This document shows, piece after piece, positions 12,120-23,258 of a DNA stretch of 26,433 nucleotides. The position numbers were made by a program, and so were the translations under genes. How positions within the stretch are numbered: position 1 is the first letter of the stretch; the number at the start of each line of letters is the position of its first letter. The notes beneath the pieces were generated by a model, which was given only the letters and a program-made list of their open reading frames with translations, did not search any database and had not been told where the DNA came from. The stretch spans positions 391,153 to 417,585 of the forward strand of contig CAXIUT010000057.1 in the NCBI GenBank assembly GCA_964035545.1, given 5' to 3'. This DNA is from Bugula neritina (lineage: Eukaryota > Animalia > Bryozoa).

Positions 12120-14218
12120 TCAAAGTTCATCGTAGTTCTTGAGGTCATTCAAGTCAACAAAACATTCACATGCCTAGTAATCTGAGAATCCAAGATGATT
12201 TAAATTTTATGCAGTTCTGCGGTTTCTGTCTTTGGCTCTCTACCAAAACTAACGTTTATCTTCTCCCAAAAACATAGGAGCATCTTTCTGAGATTGATGC
12301 TTCCAAATTGCAACCGTCTTGTTCTCTACATCTTTAGGAGACATAGGCACTATCATCCGAGCCATAGCGATACTCCATTCTTCCCAAGCACCTCTGTAGA
12401 GTAAGAAATTCTAAGCTGAAGGCATAAGAGATTTGTATCCTTCTTAAAGTTTTGCCTTTTTGTGCTAAGCATCAAATACATGTAGCAAAATTTATAGACA
12501 GCAACGGTGAGTGCCATGAGGGTCAGTTAGATCACCTGAAATAGTAAATAAATACCTGCAGCGAAGATAATGGTAGGTTCAATTAACCTCAATAAACTTC
12601 TGATTTCATTATGATCTTATTATGATGGTCTTGTTCGATTGAAATGATTAGTTCCATAAAAAGGCAATTACAAACAATACGCATGAGCTGAAGTCAATCC
12701 AACATAATTGAGTGCAATTTTAGCTTAACTACTTCTGATAAACTTTTTAATCGACCAATTTAAATCTGTTTTTCTATCTTACTCTTTTTATTTATCATAG
12801 ACATGGTCAGCTTATTCAAGTAGACTATTAAATTTGGTAACAAATTTTGAATTTTATTAGCTTTTAGCCATTTTCCAGAAATACTCATTAGTAAAATCTT
12901 TCATAAAATAGATATATTTTCTTGCCTAGAGATCATTTACTCCATTAGAACCAGATGTCATATAAGCCACATGGATATCATGTCCCTGCTCGTGTAATTT
13001 TCTTAATGTACCTCCCATAGAGATCACATCATCGTCAGGATGAGGTGAAAATATCAATATTTTTTACTTCACTAAACTTTTCCTCTTTATCTTCATATTC
13101 TATATATCATTTATATCACCAATTGGAGGCTTACCACCCACTGGCCATCCTGTTATCTTCTGGAATATACTGCGATAAACATAAAGATTCAAATCCTATA
13201 CGCTACCATTGGCTACTTCCATAACCAGTTGTGATAAGTTGTGATCTTAGTAGTCGTCATAGGTCAATCGAAGTAAAGGTTTTTTAACTTTTTTAGATAA
13301 CCATGTTACACTCTTCAAAATCCAATATGGAGTTTTAGGAACAATGGGATCTTAGATATCTCCCTTTATGACCCATGGGGTAGTAAATCTAGTTAATTTT
13401 TAACCTGCAGCTTTATCAAGGAAAAACACAATATCTGGATGATCATGAAGAAATGTCGAAGGAATTTATGTTTTAGTTTATCCTTAGATAGTTTTTTTAA
13501 CAATTGGAGCCTTGCTTTCAGACCAAGCCATAATGATGATTTTCCTTGCTTTTTTAATAGTATCAATTCCCATACTAATCGCACATTTTGGTACATTTTA
13601 CATCCCTCCAAAAGAATTAGCCGCATCTTTTCTAGTAAGTCTATGCAAATAGACAAGTCTTGTGATACTTTTAATAGGCGAAGGAGGTTAATTGAATCCA
13701 ATGTGTCCAGTTCTACCAATACCAAGCAACTGGATATCAATTCCACCATATGATGCTATTTTCTTTTAATATTCCAAACAGTATTTAGTGACATCGTTTC
13801 TATTGAGTTCTCCATTGGGAATGTTGATGTTTTCTTTGGGGATGTCGATGTGGTTGAAAAGATTGAAATTCATGTAGTAATTGTAAGATTAGGGATCGTT
13901 CTTGCTTATTGGAAAGTATTAGTCCAAGTTGAAAGTTACTACTCTCTTAAAACTCAATTATCCATTCTTATGCATGCGAATCAATTCCTTGTAAACTCGC
14001 AAAGGAGTACTCCCAGTCGCTAGTCCCACCACACAGATCTCATCTTTAGCATTTTTTCTTAAGATTTCATCTTTGATAGCTTTGGCTGCAGCAATAGATC
14101 CTTAGGCTGAGGTAGGAAAAAATCTGCTAGACATCTTTTCGATGAGCGAGAACCTAGCAAATTTAGAGAGGTAGTTGCAGGTATCTTTAATGGGCACATC
14201 CTGTTCTAGTTTAAGCAT
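12120..14218 (-). CDS. nagB: Long-form glucosamine-6-phosphate deaminase (NagB) fused to a PIG-L/LmbE-family deacetylase domain, about 692 aa
   Basis: NagB motifs [15 protein letters not shown] and [21 protein letters not shown]. The second domain has [40 protein letters not shown] and KHQSQKD. One 20-nt intron at 12536-12555. Confidence 0.95.
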
Positions 14219-14326
14219 CTTATGCAACAGTTGTCAAAATGTTTAAATAATATAAGTGTTGATAAATTACTCTATTTTAAAATATTGACTTATTTTATAT
14301 CTACAACTACTACCAGTAATAATATA

Positions 14327-17300
14327 TCAATACAGAAAATCATTTTAGTTCACCTAGACAGTATTGATGAGTTGCCCCTATATTTATAAACTCATATAAA
14401 ATGAACCTTTTTAGTAAGTTAGTATTTTCTAGGTACGATGTCTGATTAATCCTTTCATCTAGTCCTGCCAGAAAAAAGAAATATCCCAATTAGCATAACA
14501 TACTTTTTAGTTATCTACTTGTTAGGGATGATATCGACCAAAGAGTTGTTTGTTGAACATTGGGATGATAAATTATATTTTTTATGAGGTTTATTCTTTC
14601 AAATCTAACTATACTTCTTCAATTGATTTGTAGCCTTTAGAAAAATATAATTTCGAGCTGTTTTTTGTTAATTTCAATGAACATATGACCTTGTTCTATG
14701 TCTTTACTACTACATTGCCAAATAACTTAAATAGCCCTTCATCAGCGGTAAAGGTATCTTTGAATTGAGAAATAAATTTAAATCTTGACAAATCTATTTT
14801 TTATAAACCATAATTTTAACGATTCTAGTATTACTCAAATTCCTACTTTGATAGTATTTTATTAACTGCAGTCATATTTTAAATCTATTTTGTTATTTTA
14901 ATATGAGAAGCTAATTTAGATGGAATATTCTTCATAGAAAATAGATAAGACGATGATTTGGCATTGTTGGGAGTGAATTTCTAAATTTATTATGATTGAA
15001 AATATGAATGATTTTTATTTTGAAATGATGATATTTGACTACATTCTACTGATAGATATGGATCGAATTAGGAATCGATCTTTCTTGGTATTGTTAGTCT
15101 CTAATATGCATATATATTGCCTTTCTTATGAATAAAACCTGACTTAGTTATCTCAGAAAACTAATTTCCACGATAATATATCATTTGATTAGTAATAGCA
15201 GTCTAAAGATAGTCAACATATCTTTTAAATAAAGAATTAGCGTAAGATAGTTAGCATTCTTTCGATAAAGCCCAAAATCTAATAACGAAATTGTTGTTTT
15301 GAGTTAGACTGCTTAAAGCAAAAGCTGATGGTGTTTTATTTATGAAGAATAAGGTTATGTAGGTTTGCTAAACTACTGTTTCTTTTAAAACTTTTTATAT
15401 GTCATAGTATTTTATATAATTTTAGTGGATTGGGAATGATTTTAAAAATGAACTAAACTCTTTCATTGTTATACTATTTATCTTCATCTTTATTTATATC
15501 TTTTCAGGCATTTTATTCTCTTTTATTTATGGTTTATTAAACTATTTTATCACTTTAGCTTTTTATTATTTTTATTGCTATTTTTAATGCTCGACTCTTT
15601 ATTTATTTACTTTCATTATCTATTCTTTTATTTCTATCTTTTATTAGTGTCTAATATTATTTTTCTCTTTTAGTTTAGACTAATTAAAAATAACTTTTTT
15701 CTTTTCCATTTCATTGTTATCTTATGAAATTCCTGTTATCTTTATTACTGAATTTTGACTTTACAATTTAGACATTTTCAATAAGTTTTATTATTTTCTT
15801 TTTTAATTGGTCTTCACTAATTTATTTCTCTCTTACTTTATTGTTAACTACTAAGATAATTATCTTTATTAAGGTTATTTTACTTTAATATCAATCTTTT
15901 TTATTGAATATTTATCAAGTTATTCTTTTTTATCAGCTATATTTACTTTTTAATTTATTTTCCCAATAGAAAATGGTCGTATTTCTATATTAATTAAATT
16001 TTTAGTCTTAAAATTATTTTATTTTTTATCATTTTAATAAATACCATCATCTTTTTCTTTCATAATCTTTCCTATTTATTAAATTTTATCTTTAGAAAAT
16101 GAAGCACTTTTATTATGTTTTTTCTGATTAACCAATCTATACTATTTATATGGATTAATAATAGCTGATTATGAATTAACCTTCTCAAAATGTTTAATTT
16201 TTTTATATTTTATTCCAGAAATATACTCTCTTATCTATTTACTATTTTTTATTCTCTATTTCTCAGCCTAAATTTTATTTTCACTAATATAATGTGATTT
16301 TTGTCTTTTTATTTTACCTGGCTAATGTATTTCCTCTTTAATCAGATTATTTCTTTACTATTTGATTTTTTATCTACGAGTATTCGAGATAGTAACCTTT
16401 TAGTTATTTATCTTTTTAATTGGATAAGATATTTTTCTGTATTTCATTAAAAGATTATCTTTTTTGCTTTATTTTTGATTAATTTTTTTTTTATGATTTT
16501 CTAGTATGATTTTAAAGAGTTTTGTATTTTGTCCTTAACATATCTTTTTCATTCTTTTTATTTTCATATTATTACTACTACTTAGAATTAGAAAAACTTG
16601 AAAATACTTGTCGATTTTCATAATTTTGAGGTTATCTAATAAGCTATCTTCGATTTAAGCTTACTATAGGTAATTATATTTTTTTAATAAGTTTTTAATG
16701 AAGTTAATCTTCTTGCTATTATCCAGATATCCAACTTATCAACAACCTTTTCATCTTAAGTAAATCATAGCTCTACTAAATAGAAATATTAGTTATCTAG
16801 CTTAATGCCTAATTCCACTAGCTATTACTGGAATTATTAACAAGTTTAAAATAGATAAAAAAAGGGTCATATTGAGGTTTCCAAACTAAATACTTCTTTA
16901 ATTAGCTTTTTAATAGTTACTAAGGAAGTTTATTTAAACTTTTAGCAAAAGATGAATAAATCTATTTACAATTTAGTATTAATTTAGTATTTTATATTTT
17001 TCTAAACTTCTACTTCACCATATTAAGATAATACGTAGCTTTAAAATTAACTTTTCTTAGTTTAATTATCAACCTACAAAACCTAATTAAATCAAACTGA
17101 TGAATTTTACCTTCATTTTGCATTCTAATACTCAACTTAAGATAACTTTATAATTTATTTTTTTAGGTCTATTCTTTCAAAAATAAATTAATCGGACTAT
17201 TTAGCAAAGAAATCTCCTGAATTTATTGTTTCATTGCTTGTTAGGCTTCCCTTTTTGATACTTTTTTCAAAGAATCAATAAAAAGTTATTGATAAAAGAG

Positions 17301-17408
17301 CGGAATGTTATGAAAATCATAACAATCTATTAGTTGAGCTTGAGTCGTCAAAGAGAAGTCAAGTCGCTTGGAGTGACATTCTTTGTTTTTATTTTATAGA
17401 GCTTTCAT
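14327..17408 (-). CDS. Large hypothetical protein (about 1000 aa) with a Glu/Lys/Asn/Ile-rich central region
   Basis: About 3 kb is TGA-free apart from one +1 frame break, most likely in the T10 run at about 16483-16492. It ends at TGA 14327-14329. No domain was recognised, and it may be the continuation of the upstream HEPN gene. Confidence 0.65.
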
Positions 17409-17431
17409 CGATGAATATATTAATACTATTG

Positions 17432-18051
17432 TCAGATGTTTTTGATAGTAGATTATTTATAATAAATATGATGAATAAGTTATTATGAGTAAAGGCAATC
17501 ATTCATTGACTTTTGTTTTTGAGTCTTAATAAGTGAGTTATACTTTTATACGCTGAAGTAGAGGAGTCTTTATCGATAGAGTTATATTTTTTTGAAGAGT
17601 TCGTAATTGGGATCTCCTGAAAACCCTTAATAGATCAGAGATAGAGTATCAAATGCTCTTTCTGTGTTCAATAATACCTGCAAGCGAATCGAATGTCAAA
17701 TTCCTAAACTTTCCAATGAGCCCATGCATTTCTGACAGATTTAAGTTCAAAAAGCCATGAACGTAGAAATGGTTTGATTTTTATGTTATCCTTGAGGAAG
17801 GCTGTTTACTTAATGAATTACATTAGGCAATTTTGTCATATCTTGAAGTATCAGTGATGTAATTGATGTATCCTAGTAAGTCATTGTTCTGATGATAAAG
17901 GAAGTACTTGATTGGGTAGTGGGAATTAGTAATTGTTATTATTACAGTAGATGCTTACAATTTATCTGAGAACTAATTGGCCCATATCAACTAACTCCCC
18001 CACTAAATGCTTTGCTGACATCTGGTCGATACCTATTGCTATTGTCTGCAT
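17432..18051 (-). CDS. Swt1-like HEPN domain protein (putative RNase), about 186 aa
   Basis: Removing introns at 17889-17907, 17802-17821 and 17658-17677 gives ...LVGELVDMGQLVLREIV...DLLGYI...LRSWLFELKSVRNAWAHWKVEEFDIRFACRAFDTLSLI... The RxxxxH motif lies at 17716-17733. Confidence 0.75.
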
Positions 18052-18213
18052 CTTACCGCCTTATTGATTTATTATAATCAGTTGATTCAACTCCAACAAA
18101 TCTATCAAATCACTTCAATATTAACATTGTACTTAAAATAAAAACAAAAATAAATGAAATATTAAGATGATAGTAGTTGTGGTGATGAATATGATATATT
18201 GAGATATTTTGGA

Positions 18214-18381
18214 TCATATGAGGGCGGCAATGAGGAGGACCAAAGAGAGCAAGGCAGCTATGTATGGTTCTGAAAGCATAGCGCTAACGACAGTAGATTG
18301 ATCATGAGTTTAAAGCAGGTTTGCTGAGGCCTAGGATACGAGAGTCAAGATGACTAAAAGCAAGATCACTAACTTGTTCAT
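18214..18381 (-). CDS. 55-aa peptide with a signal peptide and a C-terminal hydrophobic tail (candidate GPI-anchored or single-pass micropeptide)
   Basis: MNKLVILLLVILTLVSEASANLLETHDQSTVVSAMLSEPYIAALLSLVLLIAALI*. It is GC-richer than its very AT-rich flanks. Confidence 0.7.
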
Positions 18382-18637
18382 TAATTTATAATAATTTTTA
18401 TTTAATAAATTTGAATTTAATAACATCTATTCTCAACTAAAACAACCCCTCCTTTGATAAAATTTAATAATTAATAATGGAATTTTATTAATTAAGATGA
18501 TTTTTTGTCTGAAATGACCAAAATGAATAATATTAATCAAATAAACTAATCAATTATCTTGTTTTCATCATTTTTTAAATACTTATTTAATTCCCCTAAT
18601 ATTTAATGAACTAAATTATTCTCAATTAATTTATTAA

Positions 18638-18922
18638 ATGTCTGATCATCCACAGAACGAATTCTAACTTAAACCCGAACACTTCGATATCGACCTTTTT
18701 TTTGCCGACGCAGCTCAAAGATATTCAAACACTCTCATAAAAGAACACTGCATTCAGGCTGCTAGCGGATAAGTGGGTCTAACTTTTTTAGAATGTATCC
18801 GAAGATCAAGTTTTCTAGCCTAAAAGTATTACGCCAAGATATCAAAAATAGATGAAGAAATGAATCTCAGTTAGAATTAACAAAGCAGTGATCCCTCTTT
18901 CTTTGTGCCACCAAAATAATGA
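18638..18922 (+). CDS. Small hypothetical protein, 94 aa
   Basis: ATG follows an AT-rich intergenic region. The frame reads MSDHPQNEFELKPEHFDIDLFF...HCIQAASGEVGLTFLEC...FFVPPKE* and has coding-like composition. Confidence 0.65.
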
Positions 18923-18952
18923 TTGTTATTCGGTATCAAAGGTATTATAATA

Positions 18953-19258
18953 TCAGTTGGCTCTAAAAATATTTTCTTTGTTGTATTAAATAGTCTACTT
19001 GAACCCTTATTTTGTTGTCTTTGACTTCTACAACCTCCTTTCTCGGATTTCGTTCAAAAAATCCAGCCCTTCTTTGAGTAGTTACTCACAATTTTAAGAT
19101 AACTCATCTGGTATATCCATTTTTTTCAAAGAATTCAATTATTTGATAGCCATTTCAGCATACATCTTGGCTCCCAGAAGATCTCCCTCGAACATCTGCT
19201 GTCTAGCAAATTTTATTGTTTTAGTATGAACTTTTAGAGTCATCTAGTATTGTGACAT
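18953..19258 (-). CDS. Small helical protein (101 aa), possibly a stand-alone MIT-like domain
   Basis: MSQYEMTLKVHTKTIKFARQQMFEGDLLGAKMYAEMAIKELNSL...EELLKEGLDFLNEI. The pattern resembles the katanin p60 N-terminal MIT helices. Confidence 0.6.
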
Positions 19259-19309
19259 AACAGCAATTATATTATTGTATCATTAATTAAGAATAAATAG
19301 GAGGGTTTA

Positions 19310-20965
19310 TCAGTTCAAAAATATTTCATTTTTTTTGAACATTTCATCGAAAGATTCGACAAATATGTTAGCTGCCTTAGTATATGTACTCCTATCAATA
19401 GTTGTCAGCCATACTTCCTTTACTCTTCTGCAATTTTATAGCTTACTAAAAAAAGGCTAAAGGACCCATCTAGGATCACCCAAATCTTCACATATAGGAA
19501 ACACAAGTGTCTCCAAACTGATAGGTTTCTCAATTTTATCTGCAAATTTCAATACTTAATGAATTCCTTTTTGTAGACTTTCCTGTATTTAATTTTTATC
19601 AATTTTCAGGAAGACCAATGCTTAAAATGAAAAAACTTCAACTGCTTTTTGAAGATACACCCCTCCTGGAGCAGATATTTCACTACCTTTAGAGATAATC
19701 TTTTTCCGGTAGTCAACTGATGAAGAATTAATGACATTTCCTGGATAGTACTCCATCTGAGTAGTAGAATATGGAATCACCAACAATTTGCATCTGAAAT
19801 CAGCTAGCATTCTAGCAGTCAATGAGATGCGGCAACCTAAAATATTGAGAGATATTTATGGCCAACATTTACGACCTTTTGGTGGTAGTTGCTGAGTAGT
19901 CAAACAGACTACTTTTTAAGATTATTTGCTGGTATTTGATTGATTATTGTTTGAATTTGCTTCATTGGTTTTATATGTTTATTTGTTATCTATAAATCTT
20001 TCATTTTGTTAGAATTTATTATTATTATTTCTGAAACCTCCCTAATTATGATTATTATTGTTCCTATAATTCCCTTCATTGTTATTTCTGTGTCCTCCTT
20101 AATTATTTTGATAGTTATTATTATTATAATTTCTATTATTATAATTTCCAGTATAATTTCTATCTCTTTGTTGATAATTTTGATAACCTCTTCCACCATA
20201 CTCCTTTCTTCCCCTTCCATCATCTTCTCCCTAATCTTTCTATCGATACTTTCTATTATTATTATTATTATTATTATAGCCACCACCTTATCGATTGTTT
20301 CCCTGATAACCATTGTTATCTCGATAATTATTATTATTATAGTTGTTATTGTAACCTCCTCTTCCTCGATAATTGCCTCGATTTCCTTACCAGTTTTGGC
20401 CTTATCGAGCTTCACCTGTCTAAAACGTACCTCTCTTCTTTTGAAATCCATCTTGACGATTTCCTCTTCTTTAGCCCTCATTCTCTCTGTGAAATTATCG
20501 GTTTCCTCTCCTTTAACCTTCTTCTCGATTTCCTCGTTTTGGAGTCTCTCTTTCTTCCACCTATTTTTCCTGCCTTGAATTTCTATTACCTCTATTTCCT
20601 CTATTTCCACTTGTTTATTCTCTTTTTTTATTTTATTCGAAATCGTTAGTCCATGATGTATTCACTTCATCTGCTTTTAATTCCTGTAATTCTTAACCTT
20701 TAAGAAAAGAAGTATTTAAATGATTTTGGTTGATAAAAGTCGTTTATAATTTAGCTGGCAAGTCTCCAGGCTATTATTTTTACTCTTACTTCTAATCCCC
20801 ATCAAGCCAATTGCTTTCATTGAGAATATTATTGACAGGCTACTCTTTTTTATCTCTAGATGAATCTTTAGTTGAAGTGGGAGTGCTCTACTTTTTTTCT
20901 TCTTTGTTTGAGTTAGATTAGCAACTTTCCTAGGGCTACATACCCCAGCTATCATCAGGATCCAT
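19310..20965 (-). CDS. RG/RGG- and Asn/Tyr-rich low-complexity protein with a C-terminal degenerate macrodomain-like region, about 551 aa
   Basis: A single intronless frame from MDPDDSWG. The middle has RGNRGNR, YRGRGGYNNN and GGRGYQ. The C-terminal alpha/beta region (ISLTARMLADFRCKLLVIP..., APGGVYL, HEVLKFAD...ETLVFPI, VKEVWL) follows macrodomain spacing. Confidence 0.72.
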
Positions 20966-21134
20966 GCAAAAAAATTATTATAACAAGCGGTAAAATCAAT
21001 ACTTAGATTTATATTTATGCTAGCATTAAGTTAATATAAGTAAAAGCATAAAATAAGAGTTTGCTTATTCTGAAAAAGGAGACAAATATAAATATATCAA
21101 ATAAAGTTTTACCTGTTATCTATATAATTTAAAT

Positions 21135-22302
21135 ATGAAAAACAATTCTACAGCCAATTTGGATTGTATCAACATTCTTAAAGGTCTAGCCTACTCGCAA
21201 CTAGAAGTATTTCTCTTTTCATTCAGCTATAAGATCTAAAAACTCATCTTCTACAAACTACTCCTCTCAATAGTTTGGATATCTTCAACCAGATCGACAG
21301 AAAACATACAGATAAAGCATCCGCACAAGACCTTATCAACTTTCTAGGAGTGCATAGAATAGCTACCAACGAACGAGAGTGTCAATATTTGATCTGGCTT
21401 TCTGGTAGTCAAGATTCTCATCTATCACATGCTCAGTATGATGTCAATTATGAAGATTTATATCGTATCTGACCAATGGCAATCCCGAGAATCTACCAAA
21501 TATGTCAAATTCTAGTATAGTGAATAACCTTCTTCCATCAGATTAGCTACTAAAAAATAACTCATAAAGATAGATAGCTAAATTGCTCTAAAAAGAAATC
21601 GGATATTACAGAGCAATAGAACAATTAAGAGAATCATTTATTAAAACCTATGGATATCAATTTAATAATGTTATCGCATAAATAGATAGATAACATAAAG
21701 GAAGTATCAATATACAGATGATGGTTCATTTTGTACAGCAACATGGAATCGACTTCTCCAAAGATTAGTTTTAAGCCATTAGTAGAAAAATAAAAGCTAA
21801 AGTTTCAGGAATTGTTAGCTATAAAGAACTTATCAGAGCTTTTTCACCTTTTTAACCTTTGAACTTTCCTACTTATCGAAAACAATCTAACCTACAAAAA
21901 GCTATGGATCACATCAACCAACAAGTTAAACTCCTAGATATTGACGTTTATTCTCCAGTAGAAGAATAATCTACCAGAAAAACAAGAACTGGCTTTCAAA
22001 AGGTGTTAGAAGAATATAGAGATCCAATGACTCAAGGTACACATTTATCTTCTAAATACTTTTACGATAAAAACTACTATAATGAACTAAGACAATATAA
22101 AACAACTTTTTTCGATCCCAATAAAGATCTAAAGAAGAAAAGTTTCAACTAAATAATTGGACCTCAATATCACGATCACTTCTTTACTGACTATTACCAA
22201 CATCTTGAAGAAAAGAACAAAACAGAACATTACTATAATAAATTTGGCAAGAGATATGCTTTTGAAAACCAAATAGCTAAAACTCTCGACTCAAAAAATT
22301 GA
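21135..22302 (+). CDS. EF-hand family protein with degenerate EF-hands, about 375 aa
   Basis: Motifs IFNQIDRKHTDKASAQDLINFL, EIDREHKGSINIQMMVHF and SGIVSYKELI. Introns at 21207-21226 and 21436-21455 (20 nt each). Confidence 0.8.
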
Positions 22303-22337
22303 TATTCCATCATATATTAAATAATCAAATTTATGAA

Positions 22338-23053
22338 TCATTTCAAAAAATACTTACTCGCCATACTGATAACCGGACCCAGCATAGGAAAGAACATGCT
22401 AACAACTGATGCAACTCCTTATATAATAGTTCTCATAGGCAACAACCTGAAAATAATGCTTTTAGCACCTGAATCGTATCCCATCAAACCTACAAGAAAA
22501 GCAATGAATTTACCAATAAATGAAAAAGCCATTCGAGGTATTGAGCTAAATATTTTTTTACTTTTATTTTTAATTCTTTACCATAGACTTTTAGGTTAGT
22601 AGATTATTTCTAATACCTGGGAAGGTGTATAAATGGTAGCTTATATTTAACTGTATAAAGGAATAACTTAATTTCTACCTACCATTTGCTAATCAAGGAT
22701 AAATATTTGAATCTCTTTGACATAACTCTTCATAAAATCTTAAAGTTTTTCATTTTTAGTTACATCTAGATGACAAATAAATTATTTTAGAAGTAGTTTT
22801 CCTCGAATAGGCTAGCCTTCTCCTGCTATATCAACTGTATTTAATGTAAATTTATATGATACCTAAATAAATTTAAAACTACCGAAAAAGAATCCTCATA
22901 TGGAATGATTGATTCTTCATCATTTTGATATTCTTTATTCAACTTTTTTATCACCTATTTCTTCTTTCCCTTCTCTTAGGGAGTCAAAAATTAGACCCGT
23001 AAATATGTTGTCTAGGGATCTAGTTCTTTCTTTGTCTTAGAGAAAAGCCACAT
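22338..23053 (-). CDS. Hypothetical protein with a hydrophobic/amphipathic C-terminus, about 231 aa
   Basis: Runs from MWLFSKTKKELDP to TGA 22338, with one 20-nt intron at 22863-22882. The C-terminus includes AFSFIGKFIAFLVGLMG and GVASVVSMFFPMLGPVISM. Confidence 0.65.
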
Positions 23054-23258
23054 CTGATTAATTATTATATTCTTAGTTCTTTTGATCTGATTTATAAACT
23101 TGATTTTTAAACTAACATTCGTAACTGATCATATTTTGATATTATTTTTATTTTGGTAAGAAGGTTTATCTACGTCATAAAAAATAAGAAAATGTCTGAT
23201 GATGATTTAATGTTGATGTAAGATATATAAAATAAAAAATATAATTTGATTAGATCCA

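Noticed and set aside
13393-13753. Overlapping 118-aa and 104-aa ORFs in the track
   Set aside because: They are off-frame and antisense shadows of the NagB gene.
20006-20578. 190-aa poly-Ile 'membrane protein' ORF (+) and 206-aa Ile/Glu-rich ORF (-) in the track
   Set aside because: These are the antisense and off-frame readings of AAT-rich repeats in the RG/Asn-rich gene. The true frame contains TAR codons.
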